Positions 25,146 to 37,418 of a stretch of 64,000 nt of DNA are shown here, in pieces. The notes beneath the pieces were generated by a model that did no database searches, was not told where the DNA came from, and worked only from the letters and a program-made list of their open reading frames with translations. Location of the stretch: the NCBI RefSeq assembly GCF_006345805.1, contig NC_043014.1, forward strand, positions 46,252,001 to 46,316,000, written 5' to 3'. Both the position numbers and the translations under genes were made by a program. The DNA is from Octopus sinensis (taxonomy: Eukaryota). Position 1 is the stretch's first letter. Each line of letters starts with the position of its first letter.

Positions 25146-25500
25146 CTCCAGTTTCAAAGATAGAATTTATAGATTCGAATAAAGATTTAAAGATTTAAAG
25201 ATTCGATTTAAAGATTTAAAGATTCGAATAAAGAAATCATTACGGGGAGGATGACTCCCCTTCACAAATACTGCGAGGACACAGATAGTGTATCTATAGC
25301 CAGCTGGAGGAGATATCTTCCTGGGGCTACAAACTACAGTAGCATCCACCCTTAGGGGTTAGCCATATTCAAATGGCAAATATGCGTCACGATGTGTTAC
25401 CGCTACTGTTTATAACTCGCTCTGAGATTTATCATCATTACTAATTTCATTATGCGTGAATTTATAGCATTTTGCCCAAGAGGTTAGAGGTTATGTGATT

Positions 25501-26830
25501 GAGCTGGCAGAAATGTTAGCACGCCGGGCGAAATGCGTAGCCGTATTTCGTCTGCCGTTACGTTCTGAGTTCAAATTCCGCCGAGGTCGACTTTGCCTTT
25601 CATCCCTTCGAAGTCGATAAATTAAGTACCAGTTACGCACTGGAGTCGATATAATCGACTTAATCCGTTTGTTTGTCCTTGTTTGTCCTCTCTGTGTTTA
25701 GCCCCTTGTGGGTAGTAAAGAAATAGGTATTTCGTCTGCCGTTACGTTCTGAGTTCAAATTCCGCCGAGGTCGACTTTGCCTATCATCCCTTCGAAGTCG
25801 ATAAATTAAGTACCAGTTACGCACTGGAGTCGATATAATCGACTTAATCCGTTTGTCTGTCCTTGTTTGTCCTCTCTGTGTTTAGCCCCTTGTGGGTAGT
25901 AAAGAAATAGGTATTTCGTCTGTCTTTACGTTCTGAGTTCAAATTCCGCCGAGGTCGACTTTGCCTATCATCCTTTCGGGGTCGATAAATTAAGTACCAG
26001 TTACGCACTGGGGTCGATATAATCGACTTAATAATCCGTTTGTCTGTCCTTGTTTTCCTCTCTGTGTTTAGCCCCTTGTGGGTAGTAAAGAAATAGGTAT
26101 TTCGTCTGCCGTTACGTTCTGAGTTCAATTCCGCCGAGGTCGACTTTGCCTATCATCCCTTCGAAGTCGATAAATTAAGTACCAGTTACGCACTGGAGTC
26201 GATATAATCGACTTAATCCGTTTGTCTGTCCTTGTTTGTCCTCTCTGTGTTTAGCCCCTTGTGGGTAGTAAAGAAATAGGTATTTCGTCTGTCTTTACGT
26301 TCTGAGTTCAAATTCCGCCGAGGTCGACTTTGCCTATCATCCTTTCGGGGTCGATAAATTAAGTACCAGTTACGCACTGGGGTCGATATAATCGACTTAA
26401 TCCGTTTGTCTGTCCTTGTTTGTCCTCTCTGTGTTTAGCCCCTTGTGGGTAGTAAAGAAATAGGTATTTCGTCTGTCTTTACGTTCTGAGTTCAAATTCC
26501 GCCGAGGTCGACTTTGCCTTTCATCACTTCGAAGTCGATAAATTAAGTACCAGTTACGCACTGGGGTCGATATAATCGACTTAATCCGTTTGTCTGTCCT
26601 TGTTTGTCCTCTCTGTGTTTAGCCCCTTGTGGGTAGTAAAGAAATAGGTATTTCGTCTGTCTTTACGTTCTGAGTTCAAATTCCGCCGAGGTCGACTTTG
26701 CCTATCATCCCTTCGAAGTCGATAAATTAAGTACCAGTTACGCACTGGGGTCGATATAATCGACTTAATCCGTTTGTCTGTCCTTGTTTGTCCTCTCTGT
26801 GTTTAGCCCCTTGTGGGTAGTAAAGAAATA
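25501..26830 (+). mobile_element. Meta-domain-like tRNA SINE (family B) as a 7-unit ~184-bp tandem array
   Basis: One head (GAGCTGGCAG...GAGTTCAAATTCC), then repeated GCCTTTCATCCTTTCGGGGTCGATAAATTAAGTACCAG units; 9-bp direct repeat GTTATGTGA on both sides. Multimers also at 20115-20870, 22800-23215 and 24040-24580; many monomers at 30600-33400. Confidence 0.85.
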
Positions 26831-27336
26831 GTTATGTGACCGAACCTCTTACTCCTGGGCCAAATTATCATCGTCATAGCAACTACAAGTAAAGGGACGT
26901 CATTCGTGTCAGCTGGCCTTGGAATTACTTCCCCTTGGATTTTTATTTATGTTTTTATTTAATGAGCACCTCGTCGCCATATCTGTTGGTTACGTTGTGT
27001 GGCATTAATCAGCATACAGACACAGGTGTAGTTTCGTCTTACTTCCGATTGCGTTTGCTTCGTTCGTCCATCCTTCTTCCTGCCCGTCTGTGTGCCTGCT
27101 TCTTCCTGTTTTCTCTCCGTATCTGCAACATTCACACAGATATACGTATTCATACACGCTCGCAACACACCATTTTGAGGAACTATTTTTTACTTTGTCA
27201 AGTCAACGAACGTCACGTGAACAACACACACAGGAGGCGAATTTTTCTTTTAACCTTCACTCAGAGAACACTCTGGCCTCACCGACATTTCACAGAGCTG
27301 CCGTAAAGTTGAAGAAGAAAAAGAGGAAAAAAAGGT

Positions 27337-29379
27337 ATGGCTAGCTGCCCATCACCAACGTCCCCGACATCATCGTCCGCATCACCACCACCACCACCGC
27401 CACCGCCGTCATCATCATCAACATCATCAACATCATCATCATCGTCATCACCGCCAACAGCAGCAGTAGCAACAGCAGCAGCAGCATCAGATGCCAACCC
27501 GACACACACGACCAGTGTCGTTTGCCTGGTGGACGAAGAGGACGCGGTTTCGAAGCACCGTCTCGATGCGTTACCGTCGCAGAATGCCAGAATTGCTGCA
27601 TGCCAGCCACGGGTTCGCGCCGCCCCTCCATCAACGATGAACGTAACCGACAGGACGGAATCAGCAAAGATCGCGGAGAAGACTACTTCTACACCCAGAC
27701 GTGAGTTGAATGTTGATTGTAGTCGCCACGACAATACTAGTTGTAGTAGTAGTAGTAGTAGCAGCAGCAACACCAGTAGCAGTCGTTATTGCAACAATAT
27801 GAACAGTAATAACAATAATATAAATGGTGGCGATGGTGGTGGTGGTGGTGGTGGTGGTGGTGGTGATGGTGGAGGTGGAGGTGGTGGTGGAAATGATAAT
27901 GTTTGTAGTAGTGGTAGTAGTAGTAGTAGTAGTAGTAGTAATGGTAGATATATTAACAGCGTGAATGGTGGTGCTGTCGCTGATGGTTGCAGTAATAGCA
28001 ATAGCAGAGAAGAGGTTGGGGTTTCGAGCTCGGCTTTACCCGCTTCGTCATCGGTTGTTGTTGTTGTTGTTGACGAGAGAATACCGACAACAAACAGGCG
28101 ATCGTCAGCGGCGTCAACAACAACAACAACAACAACCGCAACAACGACTACGACCACGGCAGCAGCGGCAGTTGCAGCAACAACAACAACAACAGCAGCA
28201 GCAGCAACAACAGCAGCAGCATCATCAACATCGACAACAGTGGTAGCAGCAAACGAAGATAACCCAATGACGATGTCGACGACGACGACGATGACGACGA
28301 CCATGGCTACCAGTTCGAGCCCGTCTCGCCGCGTCAGCCCAGTTCCTTCGCTCGATCTACGAAACCACCACCACCACCACCACGACGAAGATGCGGTCAC
28401 GCGTCGTCCAGCCTCCCAGAGCGACACGAGTACCACACCGACCACAACTCCGACGGCGGCGATAATGAGGACGCCACCGTCGCCTCGCTCGACAGTGATT
28501 CTGCCTCTGCCCAGGGTTACCGTCACCTCGCCCTCGGATCTCTGCCCGCCGAACCCCACGTCGACCGTGCAGATAGAGTCTCAGAGTCAACAGACACCGC
28601 CCTCGCCTACGCTGCCACAGCAACATCCCAGGTCCGTGGTCATCGTTCCATTTCCTACGACCCTTTCGACGGCTACCCAGCTCAGCCTCAACACGATGGA
28701 ACCACCGCCGCTGCCTATGGACACGTCTGCCTTGCCACCGCCGCCTCCTTACGAAGGATTCATCAAAGATGACGACGGCGACGGTGGAATCCGCCGCACG
28801 CCTGATGGCTACGGGCTCGCTCACCTGGATAATTTACCGTCCTACGCCGTAGCCACCGACCTGCCCACCTATGAAGAGGCCGAAATAGCCAAAGCTAATG
28901 AAATGCGTGAGAATCGAGACCGGACCCACGGTACCAACGGCGCGCAGGTGCCACCTACGGGCCAACAGCAACAACAACAGCAGCAACATATGAATTACCC
29001 CGAAGACGAAAGAGTTCCGAGTTACGATCCCTATCACCTGACCGGGGTGTCTCTCGGCACCGACTGGATCTTCCTCTGTACGTTTGCCATCTCATTCTTG
29101 TTTAACTGGCTCGGCTTCCTCATCTCCCTGTGTATCACCAACACGGTAGCTGGTCGTTGTGGTGCTCTGTCCGGTCTTGGTTTGTCACTGGTCAAGTGGG
29201 TGGTGATAATGAAACACAACACGATGGCCCAGGGCTTCATGCAAGGTGATTCCTGGGTCTGGTGGATCCTCATGATCTGTGGTTTTCTCCTGTTCCTCAG
29301 AGGATGCATTCAATACGTCAACATGAAATACGAATGGAGAAGGATTTTCGTCCGACTTCAACAAATGTATTTTTCGTGA
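27337..29379 (+). CDS. NDFIP1: Nedd4 family-interacting protein (NDFIP1/2-like), single coding exon, 680 aa with long low-complexity N-terminus
   Basis: PY motifs PPPPPYE, LPSY and LPTYEEAE, followed by the NDFIP three-TM domain LGTDWIFLCTFAISFLFNWLGFL...AGRCGALSGLGLSLVKW...WVWWILMICGFLLFLRGCIQY. Uninterrupted ORF. Assignment to NDFIP1 versus NDFIP2 and the true start codon are uncertain. Confidence 0.9.
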   Translation: MASCPSPTSPTSSSASPPPPPPPPSSSSTSSTSSSSSSPPTAAVATAAAASDANPTHTTSVVCLVDEEDAVSKHRLDALPSQNARIAACQPRVRAAPPSTMNVTDRTESAKIAEKTTSTPRRELNVDCSRHDNTSCSSSSSSSSNTSSSRYCNNMNSNNNNINGGDGGGGGGGGGGDGGGGGGGGNDNVCSSGSSSSSSSSNGRYINSVNGGAVADGCSNSNSREEVGVSSSALPASSSVVVVVVDERIPTTNRRSSAASTTTTTTTATTTTTTAAAAVAATTTTTAAAATTAAASSTSTTVVAANEDNPMTMSTTTTMTTTMATSSSPSRRVSPVPSLDLRNHHHHHHDEDAVTRRPASQSDTSTTPTTTPTAAIMRTPPSPRSTVILPLPRVTVTSPSDLCPPNPTSTVQIESQSQQTPPSPTLPQQHPRSVVIVPFPTTLSTATQLSLNTMEPPPLPMDTSALPPPPPYEGFIKDDDGDGGIRRTPDGYGLAHLDNLPSYAVATDLPTYEEAEIAKANEMRENRDRTHGTNGAQVPPTGQQQQQQQQHMNYPEDERVPSYDPYHLTGVSLGTDWIFLCTFAISFLFNWLGFLISLCITNTVAGRCGALSGLGLSLVKWVVIMKHNTMAQGFMQGDSWVWWILMICGFLLFLRGCIQYVNMKYEWRRIFVRLQQMYFS

Positions 29380-29456
29380 ATAACCTTCACCTCGCCCCAT
29401 CCCAAAAATTCAAAATAGAAGGGGTAAAAAAAAAATCATATACATACATACAATAC

Positions 29457-29527
<71 letters not shown>

Positions 29528-29553
29528 TAAATCCATATATAATATAATATATA

Positions 29554-29622
<69 letters not shown>

Positions 29623-29923
29623 TGTTGTCTTCTGGGGAGAGTCATACTGTCTTAATATCTAACGCACTCACAGGTTCAGTTCCACTAATTTATTATTATT
29701 TATATTTATTTTTTTCTTTTGCAAAAGCAACGGAAATTTTCGAAAAGGAAAAAAAAACAAAAAAAAACAAATAATAAATTGAGCGGAAATTGAACCCGTG
29801 AGTGTGTTAGATATTAAAGCTCTATGACTTTCCCCAGACGACAACAGATTTTGTTTCAACACACGAATTCACAACAGAATCTCGCAAACCAGATACAAAA
29901 AAACAAAGTATAAACATATATAC

Positions 29924-30004
<81 letters not shown>

Positions 30005-30859
30005 TACATATATATATATACACATATATATATATACATATAGGGCAAAGGAACACGAGAACATTTTGGGGACAGCAGACTTGTAACTGTAACACAAACA
30101 ATGCTGATTGATTCAATTAATTAATTATCAAGCTGTGGGGTAAAAAAAAAAAAGAAAATTATTTATTTATTTCATCTGTTTTACTTTTTGTTTACCTTTG
30201 TTGTTTAATTTAAAAAAAAAAATTTTTTTTTTTCTTCTTTTGACATTGTTGAAAAAAAAACCAAAAAAATACAGCAGCAAAACACATTAACCTTTAACCT
30301 TTCTACAATTGAATTATTTGGACGACTTTTAATACTGTGTTCTAACATGATTGATTATCAAGCATTATTATTATTAATTATTATTATTATTACTATTATT
30401 ATTATTATTATTATATTATTATTATTATTATTATTTATTATTATTTATTATTATTATTATTATTATTTATTATTATTATTATTAATTATTATTATTATTA
30501 TTATTACTATTGTTGTTGTTATTCGCGCACCTGGGATTTGATATAATCAACTATACCTCCCCCCCCCAAACCTTGTGTCTGTGTTAGAAAAAAATCAACA
30601 ACAACAACAAACAGAGCAAAAACAATATTATCAAATCGTTTAGAGCGTCGAACAAAAAATGCCTTGTGGTATTTTAATTAAGTTGCGGTTTATTTACGCT
30701 CTGAGTTCAAATTTTACCCTAGTCGACTTTTGACTTTTGACTATTATTGACTTTTTATCCTTTCCCGGGGGGGGGGTCAAGTGCTGGGGGTCGATAGTGT
30801 CGACTAAAACTCCCTCCCCTCAAAAAACTTCTGGCCCCGCGCCAAAATTTTAAACCATA

Positions 30860-30890
<31 letters not shown>

Positions 30891-31362
30891 GTATTACTAT
30901 TATTATTATAAACTATTATTATTATTACTATTATTATTATTATTATTATGTGAGAGAGCAGTGCATGCCATCAAAGTGACACTGGGGTAAATTATACGAA
31001 GCCCAGTATACCCATCATGACTACCCGTCTGATTAGGGTACACTAGGCACATGCATCACAACCATTATTATTATTATTATTATATACGAAGTACGGTATA
31101 GAGTGTTGGATTTAATGCTTGTTTTTTTTTTAATTTTTTTTTTTGTGTTTTTGTCATTCTTTTTGTCTGTGAATTTCTCAAGTTTAAAACGAGAAGAAAG
31201 AAAGAAAGAAAAAAGCGAGGCTCAATTTTTATCTTTAATTCATCTTTAACCCCACCCCACCCCCCACCCCCACCCCGCCGTTTCGCGGGTCGAGAAAATG
31301 AGAATGACATTGTCATTTCAGTCAAATACATCTACCCCCCTCCACCCCCACCACCCTCCCCA

Positions 31363-31411
<49 letters not shown>

Positions 31412-32759
31412 TACACACGCACCCACCCACCCAATTAATAATTTGTAACCTTGGCTGAGGCGTTAGAACATTGGGACAAAAAAACAACAACAAAAAGAAA
31501 AATGCCTTTATTATGGGTGTTTTATTAAAGATTCAAGCCAATTACGTTCTTGAGTTCAAAATCACACAGTGGTCAACTGTGATAAAAAAAAAATTAAACG
31601 TACCAGTCGAAGTACTGGCATCAGTTTTTACCCGATTTACAGTATCCCCTAATCTTTTGAGGCCTTTGTTTGTGCCTGTCTTAATTAATTATATATATAC
31701 AACCAATATTTTGTCAGCAGGAATGGCTGACCGGATGCACAACATAAGGCACTGCAGTTACATAGTTATGTCCCTTCATTTTCTGGCTTCAAATCCTGCT
31801 GGGGTCGGAGATGGGGGATAAACTTTTCGCTTTTTTATTATTATTATTATTATTTTTTTTTTCTATGTTTGGTCGATGAAATTGTCAAGTACTGGAGGAG
31901 GGGGAGAAGAGTATAGTCTACTATTTATATTATATAGCAATATAATAATTGACTAGGCACTTCTCCTCCTCTGCTGCCTGCTCGAAAAAAAATGGAAAAA
32001 AAAAAAGATTGTGAACTTAGCTGAAGGAAGCGATTAATAAAGTCTTGCAGCAATCAAAATTTGCCTCCTGCCCTCTTTTTTTTTTTTTTTAATTACCCCC
32101 TACCGAATATATCGAAACGGCAGCGAGCTGGCAAAATTGTTAGAACATCAGATAAAATGCTTAGCAGCATTCCTTTCAGTTTTTTTTTTAAATTTTCTGA
32201 GTTCAAATTCTAGCAAAGCTAACTTTGCTTTGCGTTCTTTCAGGGCAATACAAAAAGGCAAAAAAACAAGTCCTGGGTTTGATAGTATTGGCTTCGTCCT
32301 CCAGCCCCTTAAAGTTGCTGGCCTTGTGTCGCACCAGGCAAAATGCTTAGCGACATTTCGTTCGTCCTTACGTTCTGATTTCAAATTCCGCCGAGGTCAA
32401 CTTTGCCCTTGATCATTTTGGAGTCAATGAAATAAGTACCAGTAAAACACTGGGGTCAATGCAATCGACTGGTCCCCTCCCCACAAATTTCAGGCCTTGT
32501 GCCTTTAGTAGAAGGAATTCTTCTTATTATTATTATTGTGAAGGCGGCAAGCCGGCAGAATCGTTAGCACACTGGACAGAATGTTTAGCGGTACTTCACC
32601 TATCGCTATGTTCTGAGTTCAAATTCCACCAAGGTCGACTTTGCTTTTCATCTTTTCAGGGTCGATAAATTAAGTATCAGTGAAACACTGGGGTTGCTGT
32701 AATCGACTTAATCCCCTTCCCCAAGCTGCCCTTGTGGAAAAAATTTGAAATCATCATCC

Positions 32760-32806
<47 letters not shown>

Positions 32807-33791
32807 AGAGTGGCAAGCTGGCAGAATCATTAGCATATTGGGCAAAATGCTTAGTGAGCTTTCCTTTGGCACTTTATATTCTGAGTTCAAATTTTGTCAA
32901 GGCCAACTTTGCCTTTCATCCTTTCAGGGTCAATAAAATAAGAACCAGTTTAGTACTAGAGTTGATGTACTCAACTAACCCCCTTCAAAATTTTGTGGCC
33001 TTGTGCCAAAATTTGGAAACCTTTATTAAAGCACTGGATAAAATGTTTTGCAGTGTCTCAGTTTTTTTTTTTACAATTTGCATTCAAATTTCACCCTAGG
33101 TCAGCTTTGTCTTTTATCCTTTCAGGATACCAGTTAAGTCCAGGGTTAGATATAAACAACTAACTCCTTCCCTTTAAAATTACTGGCCTTGTGCCCTAAA
33201 TTAAAATTAGTTATTAGCACTAACAAGGGCAGTTAGAACATTGGCTAAACCACATTGCGGCGTTATATGTTATGCCAAAATCTTGTTGAGATAAACTCTA
33301 CCTTTCATCTTTCCAGGGTTGATAGAATAAAGGAGCAGAACTGGAGTCAGTGTTATCGACCATTCACCCACCACACCCATAAAAAAAAACATTACACAAT
33401 TTCTTGGCTGGCCTTTATTAGAAATTATTTAAGAGCTGACAGATATTTAGAGCATCACCAGGACTGGTGCCTTGCAAAATTCAATTTCTCTTTACATCAA
33501 GTGTGGCCGAAATACCTTTTTAATACTAGGGGTGAATTGCCTGTCCACAAGAACCTGTGGCAGGGTTGCATCTATGTTGGATATAATGAAATAAAAAAAA
33601 GAAGAAAGGATGAATATTGATGAATATTTAATTTTACAAATTTTTAGCTTTATAGATTTAGATTATAGATTAACTTACATTAAAAGGCTGATTTGGTCTC
33701 AAACAATTTCTTTCCTATGAATTTTTCGACTTTGTCACTGAGCAATTTTAAATTTGAATATGAATGTTGTCCCCTGCTCCCTGCTCTACAC

Positions 33792-34010
33792 CAGTGCTTT
33801 TCAACCTTTTTGCTGGAGCGGAACCCCAAGGAAACATTCCACTGGCTCGAGGAACCCCTGTGCAATAATTTAATTGTCTTATGCACACATATCTGCACAG
33901 GAGAATTAAAAATTACTGCCGATCTTAGCAATTTTGTAACTTCTTGTGGAACCCCTGGACTGTACTGGCGGAACCCTAAGGTTCCGTGGAACCCTGGTTG
34001 AAAACCACTG
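33792..34010. mobile_element. hAT-type MITE, same family as 381-599, opposite orientation
   Basis: TIRs CAGTGCTTTTCAACC / GGTTGAAAACCACTG; 8-bp TSD CTCTACAC. Confidence 0.9.
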
Positions 34011-35327
34011 CTCTACACTCTTAAGAGAATGCTTTTATGAACCAGCAAGAACGTGTTTATGAGGCAATGTAGGAGCCTCTACGTAGGAACCCAACCAGCA
34101 GTCAAATCTCCCTCATCACACCCTGCTGTCTTGGAAAAGAAAAAAAACCCCCAAAGGCAGTTTGTGTAGTGTAATCCAGGTTACATTGTGTAAGACACCT
34201 TGTACAGGTGTCTTCTCCTATAGCCCTGGGCTGGCCAATGACTTGTGAGTGAATTTGATAGACATAAACTGTGTGGAATCTCTCCATGTGTGTGTGTCTG
34301 TAAATATGTGTATAAATGTGTATGTGTATCTATCTGTAAGAGTTTGTATGGTTACGTATGTAATACACCTGATCATACATCATCATCATCATTGTTTAAC
34401 GTCCGCTTTCCATGCTAGCATGGATTGGACGATTGACTGAGGGCTGGCAAACCAGATGGCTGCACCAGGCCTCAATCTTGATCTGGCAGAGTTTCTACAG
34501 CTGGATGCCCTTCCTAACGCCAACCACTCCGAGAGTGTAGTGGGTGCTTTTACGTGCCACTAGCACGGGGCCAGTCAGGCGGTACTGGCAACAACCTTAC
34601 TCAAATCCTTTACACGTGCCACCGGCACAGGTGCCAATAAGGTGATGCTGGTAGCGATCACGCTCGAATGGTGTCTATTACATGCCACCGGCTGGGAAGC
34701 CGGATAACCGCTCTAGCAATGATCATGCTCGGATGGTGCTCTTAATAACCTTGTTTAATTAGAGCTGGACTGGAGTTAAAAACAATAATAATAACATTCT
34801 AAATTTTAAATCAGCTCTGGTTAACTTTATCTTTCATCTACCCCCATGGTATATGAGATCAGTTCATTTAGTTGTGATATGTGCTCTTGTACCACCAGTA
34901 ATATACCATTGCCATTAAGATCAAGCTGCTGGATGACAAAAGCGGTGGAGCACAAAAGACAAATCTCTTGTGGCATTCAGTTAGACCTTTCTGTGTTCTG
35001 AGATATCTTTCAAAACATGTTTGCGAAATTCCAATTAACACCTTTGATTAATTCCTTTGAAGATTCTAGACACACAGTTACATTTAGACCTTGTAAAGTG
35101 AGACAATAAACAGATTGGGTTTAGTTTCAAACAGATATGGCTGTGTGGTTAAGCAGCAAACTTTCCAACCAGGTGAGTTCAGGTTCAGTCCCACTGCACG
35201 CCACCTTGTACAGGTGACTTCTCCTATAGCCCTGGGCTGGCCAATGACTTGTGAGTGAATTTGATAGACATAAACTGTGTGGAATCTCTCCATGTGTGTG
35301 TCTCTGTAAATATGTGTGTATCTAACT

Positions 35328-35369
<42 letters not shown>

Positions 35370-37418
35370 TATACATACATACATACATACATACATACAC
35401 ACATACACACACACATACACACATACACACATACATACATACATATATATATATAGGCGGCGAGCTGGCAAAAATGGTAGCACGCCGGGCGAAATGCATA
35501 TCCGTATTTCGTCTGGCGTTACGTTCTGAGTTCAAATTCCGCCGAGGTTGACTTTGCCTTTCATCCTTTTGGGGTCGATAAATTAAGTACCAGTTACGCA
35601 CTGGTGTCGATGGAATCGACTTAATCGCTTTGTTTGTCCCCTCTGTGTTTATCCCCTTGTGGGTAGTAAAGAAATATATATATATATATATATGCTTATA
35701 TAGATATGTATATATATGTGTGTGTCTTTGTGCCTGCGTTTGTCACATCCCTCCGTCACCACTTGACAACCAGTGTTGGTTTATTTACATCCCTGCAACT
35801 AAGTGGTTCACCGGAAGACACTGATAGAATGAGTACCAGACTTGGAAAATAGCCTGAATACTGAAGTTCATTTGACTAAGATAGTGCCCCAGTATGGACG
35901 TGAGCCAAGGATTAAAACCAGTAAAAGGGAAAAGAAGTAAAACAAACAAAATATAAGAAAGAAAATAAAAAAAAAAAATTCATGAAATATGCCAGGGAGA
36001 GCTGTTGACCATTTCATTTGGAACTAAGAGTAAGTTGAATTTTGTTATTTGGTTTTGCTTGGTAAATTCTGTTTTTGTGACTTAAAATTCTTTGATTAAT
36101 ATGAATTTCTACCCTCTTTTACTCTTTTACTTGTTTCTGTCATTTGACTGCGGCCATGCTGGAGCACCGCCTTTAGTCAAGCAAATCGACCCCGGGACTT
36201 ATTCTTTGTAAGCCCAGTACTTATTCTATCGGTCTCTTTTTGCCGAACCGCTAAGTGACGGGGACGTAAACACACCAGCATCGGTTGTCAAGCAATGCTA
36301 GGGGGACAACCACAGACATACAAACACACACATACATATATATATATACATATATATGACAGGCTTCTTTCAGTTTCCGTCTACCAAATCCACTCACAAG
36401 GCATTGTTCGGCCCGGGGCTATAGCAGAAGACACTTGCCCAAGATGCCACGCAGTGGGATTGAACCCAGAACCATGTGGTTGGTTAGCAAGCTACTTACC
36501 ACACAGCCACTCCTGTGCCTGATTATTTGCTCCTTTAATTTTACATTTCCGTGCTAGCATGGGTTGGACGGTTCGACCGGGGATCTGGGAAGCTAGGAGG
36601 CTGCACCAGGCTCCAGTCTGATCTGGCAGAGTTTCTACAGCTGGAGGCCCTTCCTAATGCCAACCACTCCGTGAGTGTAGTGGGTGCTTTTTACGTGCCA
36701 CCTGCACAGGTGCCAGGCGAGGCTGGCAAGGGCCGCGATCGGATTGGTGCATTTTACGTGCCACCAGCACGGAAATTGTATAATTTGATTTAAATGTAAA
36801 ATTTTAAAGGAGTTATGCTGTAGCGAGGTGAGTTTAGGACAAAGTCCTCATTGCAAGACAGAAGGGTTTTGATACGTCTTAAAATTTCATTGGTGAAGGT
36901 GGGGAGGTGCTTTATAAGGATCCCTTCAATCCCAAAGCAAACTTTGGAATGTGGTGCAAAGAATATTTCACAGGGGGACAGTATCATCATTTTCTTGCTA
37001 ATTTATATATTTAACTAAATTTGCCAACTGGTTTTATATATACATATATGTATATGTGTATATATATATATGTATATATACACACACATATGTGTGTGTG
37101 TGAATATATACATAAATATATATGTATATGTTTGTGTGTGTATATATATATATATATATATTGGTAAAAACGGTAAGATAACAAAAGAAAAAAGAGACCT
37201 CAATATTATGTAAATAGAGGAAATTCTTTATAAAATAATATGTTACAATTACTCAATAGTCAAGATAAAACTCTGAGATGGTGTTGTGGATTTCCACTTC
37301 GGCATCTGAAACTCAGAGTTTTATCTTGACTATTGAGTAATTGTAACATATTATTTTATAGAGATATATATATATACATATGTTTGTATATATATATGTA
37401 TTTATATATATGCATATA

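Noticed and set aside
27279-28559. Antisense ORFs overlapping NDFIP
   Set aside because: Expected shadow frames of trinucleotide-repeat coding sequence; no recognisable domain.
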